NCBI GenBank assembly: GCA_907165135.1
Contig: OU015568.1
Location: forward strand, 10,292,001-10,356,000
Direction: 5' to 3'
Source: Oikopleura dioica
Taxonomy: Eukaryota; Animalia; Chordata
DNA: 64,000 nucleotides
Shown: positions 1-10,799 of the stretch, one piece after another
Numbering within the stretch: the stretch's first letter is position 1
How the letters are laid out: each line of letters begins with the position of its first letter
Program-made: the position numbers and the translations under genes
Notes under the pieces: generated by a model
The model's database searches: none
The model's input: the letters and a program-made list of their open reading frames with translations, nothing else
What the model was told of the DNA's origin: nothing

Positions 1-944
1 GCTGATATATGACAAAAAGTGAGGATGAGCATGAGGACCCCAAGCAACTTGAAAGCAATTACTGCTGTGTCATACTGGAATAACTCAATTTCTTTCCACT
101 AAAATCAGTTAGAAATATTCCCTTTTGTATATCGAAATACCTGATGCTTCGTTCGAAAAACTTTAGTAACACGAATCAGCCTGAGAAGCTGAAAGAGCTT
201 TACAATTTTCATCAAGCCCAGATTTCCATGCGTAGCGCCACTGATTGCTTCCCATATTATGCTTACTGGAATAGTTGAGATGAAATCAAAGAAGAACCAT
301 CCCCTAAAATTTACTGTTATGACGTTCTCAGAAACAAAACTTACTTGAGATATGCCATTCTTATCTTCTTTGGATCCATAACGATGATATTTTCAGCTTC
401 GTTTTCCACAATTCCCGTGCGGAAGTTGAGTAAGATGTCGGTCGCGAAGAGGACGTCTGTGATGATGTTCACAACCATTGCTGTGTAGCGGTGAGTGCAG
501 CTGCTCTCATGCCCGAAAGGAGAGTAAAAATCGAACGCGGGAAAGGCCAGAAAGACGGGAAATGTGTAGATGATAATTATAATTAGGAAGATCATCATCA
601 AGTCCCACATGAAGCGAAATGTTGAGTAAGGATGGATTATTCTCTGTAGAGCTCCTTCTCGCTAAAATATTTCAAAATTAAATTGGTTCCTTGAGTTCGA
701 AAGTACTCACGGAACTATTTATCTTCTGAAGTCGTTCGCTCTCTCTAAGAACTGCTTTGACTGATCCATACTTTCTGATAAGTCGCTGGCTGACTGGTAT
801 TCCAGTCATGCTCTCTCTGTCTTTCTTCTTTCGCCCCGCACTATTTGCAGGCATTTTTGCCGTCTCATTCGGCATCTGAAATAGATGTTCAAACCCCGAT
901 TTATCAACAATCAGTTTAGCCTTAACTTTAGAAATATCAATCAT
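1..944 (-). CDS. HCN: HCN-like cyclic-nucleotide-gated cation channel, 5' part (runs off left edge)
   Basis: Spliced reading gives RKYGSVKAVLRESERLQKINSS|REGALQRIIHPYSTFRFMWDL...DILLNFRTGIV...IVMDPKKIRMAYLK|GWFFFDFISTIP, matching the HCN domain plus S1-S3 motifs (IIHPYSxFRFxWD, LNFRTG, WF..DFISSIP). True start codon uncertain. Confidence 0.85.
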
Positions 945-1361
945 AAAATAAAAGAACTATCAATCGAAAATTGAACCCAAGTTCATACCTTTTTATATTC
1001 TTGCTGAGGACCGTCAAAGCTTTTGCAAGCTAAATGGTAAAATGTCAAAATTTTAAAAAGTCAATAGACATTCTAGAGAAATTTCAGTTTTTCAAAAATT
1101 TTGTCAATCAACTATTTTCAAAAAATATCCCAGTAAATCAGTCGTTGTAGCGTATAATTCAACAGGCAAGAGAGTAACGCCAATGACCTTCTACCAGTGC
1201 TCATTATAAAGTCTTCTTTTGCTTCAAAAATGATTTTGCGGAGACTGAAGATAAATTAAGAGAAAAATGTCGTTTTCTGAGGCTTCATTCGAGCGTCTCT
1301 AGAACACCGATGAGCACTATGTTGTCAGTTCTAATTTTTGTCAGTTTGTAAGGAACCCGAA

Positions 1362-2424
1362 ATGGCTGCGCGTCGCCCGACTACGATTCAGCTCGGCAGG
1401 CTCACAAGTAGGCTATCAAAAACTCTCTTTCTCAGAATTTTTTTTTTCAATTTTAGACGATTATGAACTCGGGGAATACTTAGCATCAGGAGGATGCGGG
1501 ACTGTAATGATGTGTAAAAAGAGGGGCGACAACGAAAACAAGCAATACGTCCTAAAGTATATGGACCTCAATGAGCTCACTACAAACAAAGCGAACGGTG
1601 CCCAACGTGAAGCCGAGGAACGGGTTTAATTCAGTACATTTTGTTTTAATTTGCGTAGAATGATACCTCACCCGCAAAAAGCTGATGCAAAATATTAACC
1701 ATCCAAATATTGTTACGTTGTATGAGGTTTTTGAATGCGATAACAAGCTGCATCTTGTGATGGAATATTGCGACAGAGGGGACTTGAGAGACAGAATCAC
1801 TGAAAGGAGATACAAAAGGCGACCCTTTAACTATTCTCTTATTCGAAGATGGATGCTGCAGCTTGCAAAGGTAAGCGCTTATCATGAAATAACTTCATCA
1901 AATTGAAATTAAGGGTGTCAAGGCGCTGCATGAAGCAGGAATCGTTCACCGAGACATCAAACCTGAAAATATTTTCCTGACTGGACATACTGATGATATT
2001 CGAATCGGCGATTTGGGCATCTCGAGGAAAATTGAGACTAATCAGGTAAAAATGGACAACATACAGTCTTGTAAAACCATTGTAGCGCGCGAAAACACGA
2101 ATCGGAACGCCGCGATACGTCTCGCCAGAAGTTCTGAAAGGAGTTCCATACAGTTTCGAAACGGACATCTGGTCACTTGGAGTGATGCTGATCGAAATGT
2201 GCACGCTGCAAAAAGTCGTTGTAAAGTTGAAAAGGAAACAGAAAAATTTCCTTTGCTGGAAAAGAGACGTCACTGTGGTCGACGTTCCCGATATCCCGAA
2301 AATGTATGGATCAGAGATCATGGCTATTGCGAAGAAAATGCTCAAGGAAGATCCGCTCGCTAGACCGACGGCATCTGAATTACTCAATATGATAACGAAT
2401 CTACCTGTAACCGCCAAAGAATAG
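1362..2424 (+). CDS. NIMA-related (NEK) serine/threonine kinase, essentially kinase domain only
   Basis: ATG 1362; spliced exons give [69 protein letters not shown]; stop at 2424. DLG in place of DFG is seen in NEK4-type kinases. Confidence 0.85.
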
Positions 2425-2520
2425 CACTCTTTCCTTCTGTCCCTCCGCATATTCTTTTCATCATTTAATAATAAATTATTTAACTTGGATAAAATCAAAG
2501 TCTAATTTATTTTCATTAAA

Positions 2521-5500
2521 CTAGTTTTCAGTTAGCCAGTCGACTAGCTTAGATTCGTAGTTAGACCGCCAGTCGATATTTTTCTGGACAGTGATAAGAG
2601 CATTTTCAAAGGTCTTCTTCAAATTTGCAAGTCGATCTTCCTTCTCAAGCTGCTCGTAGAACGCTTGGAGGTCTTGTTTGTCTTCTTCAGTGGACCAGCT
2701 TTCTGCTAAGGCATCAATAATGAGACCTACGCGTGTCCAACCCTCATTGACGATCCTAAAGAAAATAAGGTCTCTTCCATGATTTCATAGAGCTTACATA
2801 TTGTAGAAATAGTCCCAGTTTGTCTTTACAAACGCCCAAGTATCATCGCGACTGTACAATCCCTTCGCAAGAGCAACGAATGAGTAGTGTTTATCTAAAT
2901 ATTGCAAGGACCGTTTAAATAACCAATATTACCTTGGAGCCTAATGTCGTCCTGAGTACTGAGCTGAAGGTAAACTTGGACCATGACGGGATCTTTCGTG
3001 CATGCAAGTGATCGGCGAATAATTGCCTGTTCGTTGGAAGATGCAGTGGCATATCTGCTCCACTGAAGTCTCCATTGATCTTGCGTTCCGACTTCGATAC
3101 CGTAGCAGTAAACAGATTCCTTTCTGTCAGCCATTGGCTCATTTTCGTAGTCAACGACGCCGTTGACTCGTGTAACAAACTGAAATTATAAAAAAAGAGT
3201 TGAAACATTTATCTATATACCAGATTGAATTCCGTCGAAGCATCACTGACACACTCACTCAAGCCAAATTTGCAAGCTACTCCGAGAGCCCGCTCCATTG
3301 CCAAATGCTCCGCGTCATTACCGACAACTGCATTTCCATACAAGTCATAGAAAGCTCTCACTTGAACTTGCATATAGTCGTCTAAAAGACTCTTGTTCTC
3401 AGTGAATCGTAAAATCGTGCTTGTGTATGCCGTCGCTGAGTTAATGACATCCCAGACGAGCTTTTCAGTTTCTTCGCTTGCAAATTTCGCGACTTCAAAA
3501 GCGTTGGTGATATCTCGACCTGTAAGTTCAACATTTTCAGCAAAGGCGAAGTAGTCAGCGATGAGTTTTGCTCGAGCAGCCTTTGGAATCATATCTTTAT
3601 CAGAAGACAGTTGGTCAAGAATTTTTCTTCGAGAGTTTCTGAGTAAAGGACTCGGTGGAACATCTTGAACTCGTGATTGACAAGGAAAAAGTCGAATTCT
3701 CCAGCGTAAAAGCTGTGCTCGTTATCACTGGATGAAAACCATGAGATTCCCTGGGTGAAGTTTTCGCCAGATAAATGATAGTACACGACGGGAACGGACC
3801 ATTTATAAGCAAAAGTACTTGGAGGCTGATCAGCGATGTTATTTTCATCTTCAGAACCAACCCATCTTTGTTGAGTAAACTTGACATAAGTATCACCGTC
3901 GATTAAATCAGTGTCGACAGTCAGCAAAGGATAACCCATTTGCTTGATGTAGGGCTCAAACGTGTCGAAGTAAGAATAGAAGTCGCTGCCATTCGCTGGA
4001 AGTCGGACACCTCCAGCTTCCTTTAAATCCTTGCAGATGCTCTGAACAGACTCTCCAGCTGTATACTTCTTTTCGTACGAGTTACCCGCAACAGTCACAT
4101 TATTGTCTCTAATAAAACCATCAAAACTATTGAGAAGATCATCAGTTTGAGCATTTTTGTAAGCAAGGTTCTGTTGATGATAGGAAGTAGCGCCAAAAAG
4201 ATCTCATCGCCAAGAATACACCGCATCATCGATAAGATTGAAGCTCCTTTTCGGTAAATGATTCCAACAGGGCCCCAAGGGCCAAGGTTCCAAGTATTTT
4301 CTTTGTTTAGAAGTGGCTGAGAATTCATCACAGAAGCATCAGTTTCTAATCCGGCCATCATTTCTCCAATAATAAACCAGTCGTCTAAATCCCATGTTCC
4401 AATCTGAGAATCTTCCTCCCAGTTCAATCGCTCATCCAAATCACTGGCATACTCAACGCCAATGTACTGGAAAATAGTTGCAAAAGCTTCGTTCAGCCAA
4501 ATTTCTTCCCATGTATCACAGGTCACATGATTACCCCACCATTGATGAGCCAGTTCGTGACTGACTGTCAGACAAATGTTGTGCTTGGTCGAAGTTCTGT
4601 CAGATGTACGATTGTAGAGCATGCTCACTTCTCGATAAAGAACAAGTCCCCAATTTTCCATTGCTCCAGCAGAAAAATCTGGTAGTGCTGTTTGGTCGAT
4701 TTTAGGAATTCCCATATCGCCGTAATACACTCCAAGGCGTCGTCCAAAAACATCAAGCGCTCGGTTTCCACATTCGGCCGCGTGAAAAGCTACATCATCT
4801 CTGTTGAATTCAGGAACGCTGTATTCAGGTCGATACGAATGCGCCATCGGAATCTGGTCAATAACAGAACTCGTGTCGATTGAGACAAAGTCAGTCACGG
4901 TGATTGCCAAGAGGTAAGTAGACATCTTCACAGTTTTAGAGAACTCTGTAGTAATAACGCCCGAGCCTTCTGGATTTTCATAAGTGAAGCCGGGCATTCC
5001 TGTATTCGCCCAGTAAGAGATTCCACCTTCAGTCCACTCAAAATCTCTCTCGTGAGTGACATTGAGCCTGAATTCAGCCTTAGCATTCGGTTGATCGATG
5101 CAAGGGAAAACTCTTCGGGCACCTTCGTCTTCAAATTGAGTTCCAGCAAGATAGTGAGTTCGTCCTTGGTCGTCATCGTACTGGGAGAGGTAGAGACCAT
5201 AGTTATTTGGTCGCATGTATCCGAAATATTTAGCCTCGAGTCGATACTCGATTCCTGCTTTGAAACCATCATGCCATGGGATGGCGACGTAGATTCTCTG
5301 TCCTTCGAGTTTGTAGATGCTATTCAGATTTACAACTTTGATTTCCGAGAAATGAAGATCATAGAAGTTTAAAATAAGGTAATCAGTATTCCTTCGCGGC
5401 TTGAAAAAGAAAGTTGTTTCTCCATCAAAATGGAAGTCACCTTCCGCTGGGTGTTCTCCTTGATTTTCGGGATCGAGCCAGAGGCGGAGATTGACGTTGT

Positions 5501-5786
5501 AGGTGAGAGGTTCAATGCTATCATCGACGTAGCCAGTTTCGTTTTCAGGACAAAAAGCCCAACCAGACTCAGAGAGAGGGCAAGGGCATCCCCCTTCGCA
5601 ATTCTTTTCACAGGGACATCCCCAGTTGCAATTGTCAAACTGTCTCAAGCATTGGGATAGACAGAAGCTATCTGTGCATTCACGATTACAGGTCTCATAA
5701 GTCTGCGTACAAAACTCTAAGCATTCTTCTGCCCCGGGACAAATCTGCCCGAGTGCAATTCCGAAAAGAATAAAAGAAACTTTCAT
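2521..5786 (-). CDS. M1 family aminopeptidase (aminopeptidase N/ERAP-like) with signal peptide and N-terminal Cys-rich module; two apparent homopolymer frameshifts
   Basis: GAMENWG, HELAH-x18-E (HELAHQWWG...WLNE), IYRKGA motifs; C-terminus NIDWRSNYESKLVDWLTEN* resembles the APN end. Frame is restored by adding one base at 4195-4199 and at 3622-3626. Confidence 0.92.
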
Positions 5787-6026
5787 TAATTTCTTAATGC
5801 CACTAAATTTCCGCAGAACTGCCTACATGTGGCTGTTTTCGCACACTTTGAGTTCAGCGATTTGCGCAAGAGGGAGATACTTTCGATTGGCAATGAGTTG
5901 GTTAGATGTTTATTTAGAGCACACGATTTATACAAGTAAAATTCGCACAAGAAAGCTTCAGATTAAACTCTTCTTGCTGGCTTCAAAAAGGAGAATAATC
6001 TGAAACGATTAAATAAGAAAAATGTT

Positions 6027-7579
6027 TCAAGCTTCTTGGAGTTGCTGTTTTTCTTCATCCCATTTTTGCTTGAACCAGGCTGAGAACTCCTCGTAGTCGA
6101 CTTTTCGTTGATACTTCTCTTCGTAATTGTATATCGTTCCAATAAGTCGCTCAATCTGGTTGTAAAGGCCGTATTTGTTGTCTTGATATTTGGCGCAGTA
6201 TTCTGTCTTCCAGTAAAGAACTTTTTGGTAGATTTTGAGGGTGTTTTTGAGCTGTTCTTGATGGAAAGGTCGATTGAGTTCTCCGTGCAGTTGGTCTGCG
6301 AGGAACTTTGGCATCATGTCTGTTTTCGAATCTATTTTGAAACGTTTTGTGAGTGCAGCTATTTCGATATTTACCTCGGAGACAATTTTCGTGCTTCAAA
6401 TTTTTGAAAATATCCTCCCGTCTATTCGAATGATCCCGCCACAAGTTGTAAGCCCGTTGACGAATTTGACGCATTTCATTGGGGTTAGTACCAGAGGAGG
6501 TTTCGATTTTGACTTGTTTCAGGAGACCCCAGCTACTTCCACGAGCGTTGCCAGCAATTTTCTTGAGAAGGACTTTATCAGCTTCGATGAGTGGGATATC
6601 GGCGGTGGGGAGTGGTGGTGGAGGGTGAGGAGCGTCTTCGGTCGTCCATTCAACGGTAAAGCCTGTTTAGGTCAAAATTTGAACAAGCAAAATTTTAGTT
6701 TTATCGCATTTTGAGCCTTTCCTGTGTACTCTTCCTTCTGATCAGCGTCGAAAGCGATTGTCACCGAGTTCGTCTGCAGGTCAATCCAGTTGTCGAATCC
6801 ATTTTGCAGGCACTTTTTCTCAACATTTACAACCTTACCTTTTCGCTTCTTTTTCTCTGTCGGACATTGCCCTTTTCTGTAGAACTTAGTCAGTGTTGTC
6901 GAAGCGTCGTGAAATGATCTCCAGTGTCGCATCGGACCATTTCCCCGATTTTTGTCCTAACAAAGCATCGTAAGTCTCTACGGCATAAGAACTGTACTCA
7001 CTGGGTTTCGGCCGCCACAGAGTCGTCCCACTCTCATTGTCGGATTTTTCTTGACGAGTTGTGCCGTGAATCCCCCTGTTGGAATTCCACCTTTGAAAAT
7101 GTGAACGCGATCGAGACCACAGTGAGCGTCGTATTCTACGTCCAAGTAGGTAACTCTTAGTTTGAGCCATTTTCCTGGAGTTGCTGCGGTGATTTGCCAG
7201 ATGCAACTGTCTCGTCTCTGGTAGTTCGATCGATTGCCGTCCTTGTCAAGTAGAGGGTAGCTGAGAGATCCACTGTCCTTCATCAGAGGAACACCGTTTT
7301 TGTTGACACATCCTCGCTGCTCGAATTCAACCAAATCTTTTCCTTTTTGGCCACAAGTTCCATCCAAACATCTCGGGTACTCAAACAGCCATCTATAAAT
7401 GATGTTATAGAAGATTTCTTTCGCAAAAATTCAAATCAATTTTTATTAAACACTTTCCTTTCCGTCGGCATTCGCATAAAAGCATGATCGTGCTGCAAAC
7501 GATGTTCAATGTGTCGATTTCCTCTGTATTCACTCTGTGCATGCGAAAAACTCGATAATAACAAACTCAACAGCTTCAT
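6027..7579 (-). CDS. Secreted CUB-domain protein with a helical C-terminal region
   Basis: Signal-like MKLLSLLLSSFSHA; CUB motifs SGSLSYP..NY...CIWQI...LRVTYLDVEYDAHCGLDRVHI...GRLCG...VTIAFDAD...GFTVEW. Five exons join in frame; two of the four introns need GA donors (7393-7457, 6663-6721). Confidence 0.8.
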
Positions 7580-8208
7580 CGCGGTTGATTTTTATTTCAG
7601 TTACAAATCCTTAACTGTTCACAATTCTAGTGCATAATTCGTTTTTATACACATTGGTGGCGCTGTCGCGGGGCGCCGCGCAAGTATGGAAATGGCGCGC
7701 GACACACTTTCGTGAGCTTTCATGAAATTCTAAATATCTCGAATATCTAAAACTATTTGTTCATCCTTTCAATGTCAATATATTAGCAGTATATTAAAGT
7801 TATTAAAAGATTCACTAAAGCTTACATTTAAACTGATAGCAAGTTTCAAAACTACAAAACTATGCTGGTAGTCCACTTTCAAGAGGTTTTTTAGTATAGT
7901 AAAAATAGCGTTTTTTCTTTTTCACTTTCGCAGTAGAAATTCTTAGAATTTCCTGTAATTTGAATTCCGAGACACGTTTCTCTCCAACCAAGTTTGATAG
8001 AACCGATTTCAAAAGACCAATTATCCCTTTATTTTCTTTTCATCACCCATTCGACGTGCCGCGCCAAGTATCTGTCAAATGCAGCACTTTGGCAGGCACT
8101 TTTGATGTTTAAAAATCAGATTGAGTTGAATATCCGAAGATCACCGGAAGTAGTAGAGATCCGTTTATTTTTTCGCAGTTCAGTGCTTTAAAAATATTAT
8201 AAGTACAG

Positions 8209-9788
8209 CTAGCGAGTCGGATAAGGTTTGATCTGGCCATCTTTGGAGAAACCGTTTTTGTCGACCAGCAGATTTTGTGGAGAGTTCCAGAGCTTTTTCA
8301 GCAATTTAAAGCTTTCTTTTTTAAAAATGTTCATTGATGCATCGTCTTGCTGTGAAATTATAAAATACCTGGGTCGTATTCTTTGAGTTGTCCGCGAGTA
8401 AATGGCCAGTAATCATTGTAACCACGAAGAAACGCCACGCTCAAGGATGCCCACAGCTCTTATCGGCATCATCAATTGAGCAATTGCGCAAGAGCTATTT
8501 CCCAAAAGAAGGAAACTTGGAATTATGATTACCTCGTGGATCCTGCATTCCATACGTTTTTGGCACCAGGCCGGCAATGGCGGATGGAACGTTGAAGTAA
8601 ATTCCAGTCTTGTTGCATCGCGCGAAGTTGTCGAGAATTTCCTGTTATTGAAAATCAACGGAGTTAGCCTTTTGACCTAAATGCCCGTCTAGATTTAATA
8701 TATTCAATTTTCTAGCGTCCCTGATGTTCAAAGCCAAGAAGTGCATGCCACGCGTGTGATAACTCATGTACTAAATCATGTTCTCATCTTGAACTTACCC
8801 AATAACTTTTTACTCAAGAACCAAATTCAACTAAAATTTCCTGTCGTTGATGAACACCTTTTACAAAAAAAAAACTTTCGAAATTGCAATTTCATTAGAT
8901 GTTTAGACTTCTGATCCAGGTTTATTTTGATTAGGACTTATCCAAAATATTTCGCTCATTGAAAGTCACTTAGCGACTGAGCTAGTTTAAAATCATCGAG
9001 TCAACAGCTTCTGCGTTTCTCCAGGTGGAATATCAAATCTCGAGTGTAGCTTTTCGGTACTTACGCTTTCAAAAAGGATCAAGTAAGGAGCTTGACTACT
9101 TTAGAAAGTAGGGTTATATAAGTTTGATCCCAAACAACGCGTCCGTGTGGTTGAGAGTGCCGTTGACGAAATCGCGGTAGTTGTAGATCTCCACGATCAT
9201 ATCCGATACAAACTCACCACCTGTACATTAGCCGATTCTGCGAGCATTACTGTATTACCTGGTTGGTTTTCTCGAGGCCATTTTTTGAAGAGAAAGAAGA
9301 GATTTCTCATCTCAACATGCGTCCGATTAAAAATCTTTGAAGTTGCTTCGTCGTAGAAAAAGTCTTTCGACATGAAGATGTCCACATTCTTCCTCAACAC
9401 TTTTCTCGCTGCCTTTGGGAATTTCCTCGCTGCTTTGAATAAATCCTTTCGAAGTATATCGAACGGTTCCTGTCCGTGCTCCTCTCTTAGTCGGTCATCA
9501 ACAAACACCCGCTAAAAGTGAGGTAGTCTGCGTTTTTTACTTGTAAATTTAAAATATTTTCAAGAGCCCCGGAAGCTGAATCCAAAACATTTTAAGTTGG
9601 TGTCTAGTGATCAGTGAATCAAGTAAGTACCAACGGATGTTTCTACTCACCCATCCTGCTAGTTTGCTTTCTGTATAATTTACATCGTGATTCCCGTGTC
9701 TTTCGATTCCTGACCATTTATCCCACTCTGGATATCTCGAGCTTTCACCCAGATAAACCAAACAAGTCAAAAAGTAAAAGGTTTTCAT
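8209..9788 (-). CDS. Secreted zinc metallopeptidase (HEXXH) resembling a bacterial peptidase family; 7 exons, about 278 aa
   Basis: Exons 9788-9651, 9511-9259, 9220-9131, 8770-8721, 8641-8533, 8458-8369, 8315-8209 total 837 nt in frame: signal peptide ...GW|RVFVDDRL...WPREN...VEIYNYRDF...VHELSHAWHALLGFEHQEI...YGMQDPRELWA...NDYWPFTRGQLKEYDPESFKLLKKLW. Confidence 0.75.
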
Positions 9789-10008
9789 TACAAACTCTGC
9801 TGATGTATCAACTGCGGATGGCGTCTGAGGCCTTGCTTTTTCAACTGAATAGAAGGGGAAACAACAAAAGGCAAAGTACAGTTATTTCACTGTAAATTGA
9901 GTTCATATTTTAATCATCATATGGTTAGCCTTTATTCATTTGTTAGCAAGAGATAAAGTGTGTATTGGGTGCAGGGAACTGATTGGAGGTAATTGCAAAA
10001 ATTTTGTT

Positions 10009-10679
10009 TCAGGCAGTTTTAGCTTTCTTTTCAGAATTGATTTCGAAGGAAAGATACAGATTCCAGCAATAGCTGGCGCACATGACCGCTGTGAGACGAT
10101 ATAAAATGGGCACGTAGGAGAAAATGACCAGTTGAGCGGGAATCCACCAACACCAAGCCTTTGGCATCAGCTCTGGCAAGTCTGCAACAACATTACTGAT
10201 CAACTCAGACATGGCTGGCAATTCAGCTTTTCCTGTCAAGTGCCTTGCGTCCGATTGAAGGGCTTTCCCGTACGCGGCGAGTGACACGATAGCGGTGAGT
10301 AAAAAGGGATAGAACACGAGTTGATCCGCAAACACAGCTGGCACTGGGCGCAGGCCGAAGCGGTTGAGCGTGAGCAACCAGCCCAAGTTTAACGGACCAG
10401 CGAAAAAGACGTAGATTGAAAAGAATCGAAATGTCCTTGAGGGGTCGAAACTTGGCTCTGAAAAGACATGTTATAGAAGACTTTTCATAGTGAGCTGACC
10501 AAGGACTTTTGGAAGGTTTCCGATAAGACATGAAAAATTGTTCAAATCGTCACCTCAATAAAAATAATCCTCGCTGTACCTGTGATTATTTGAACAGTTG
10601 CGTCACTTGTAGCTGCTATCCCAGCAGATATCATTATCTGTGTGGCTTTTGGCCACCTCGCAGCCAGTTGCCGAATCAT
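10009..10679 (-). CDS. Mpv17/PMP22 family membrane protein
   Basis: N-terminal ISAGIAATSDATVQ; ADQLVFYP and WIPAQLVIFSYVPILYR...WNLYLS motifs typical of Mpv17/PMP22. Confidence 0.85.
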
Positions 10680-10799
10680 CCCTCTTTCTAAACAAGAAAG
10701 GTATAAAGAAAATTTGTATAAAAATGAAATTCAGGATTAAAAAACTAAAGAAACAAAAATTTTACAGGCAGTAATTCTTGGAAGCTCTTGAATCTTCAT

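Noticed and set aside
3589-4200. Aminopeptidase as a pseudogene or as three overlapping genes
   Set aside because: Catalytic motifs are intact and both breaks are single-base losses in homopolymers, as in three other genes.
9519-9527. TGAGGTAGT, identical to the let-7 5' end
   Set aside because: The following bases do not match let-7 and no hairpin is evident; it lies at an intron acceptor of the opposite-strand gene.
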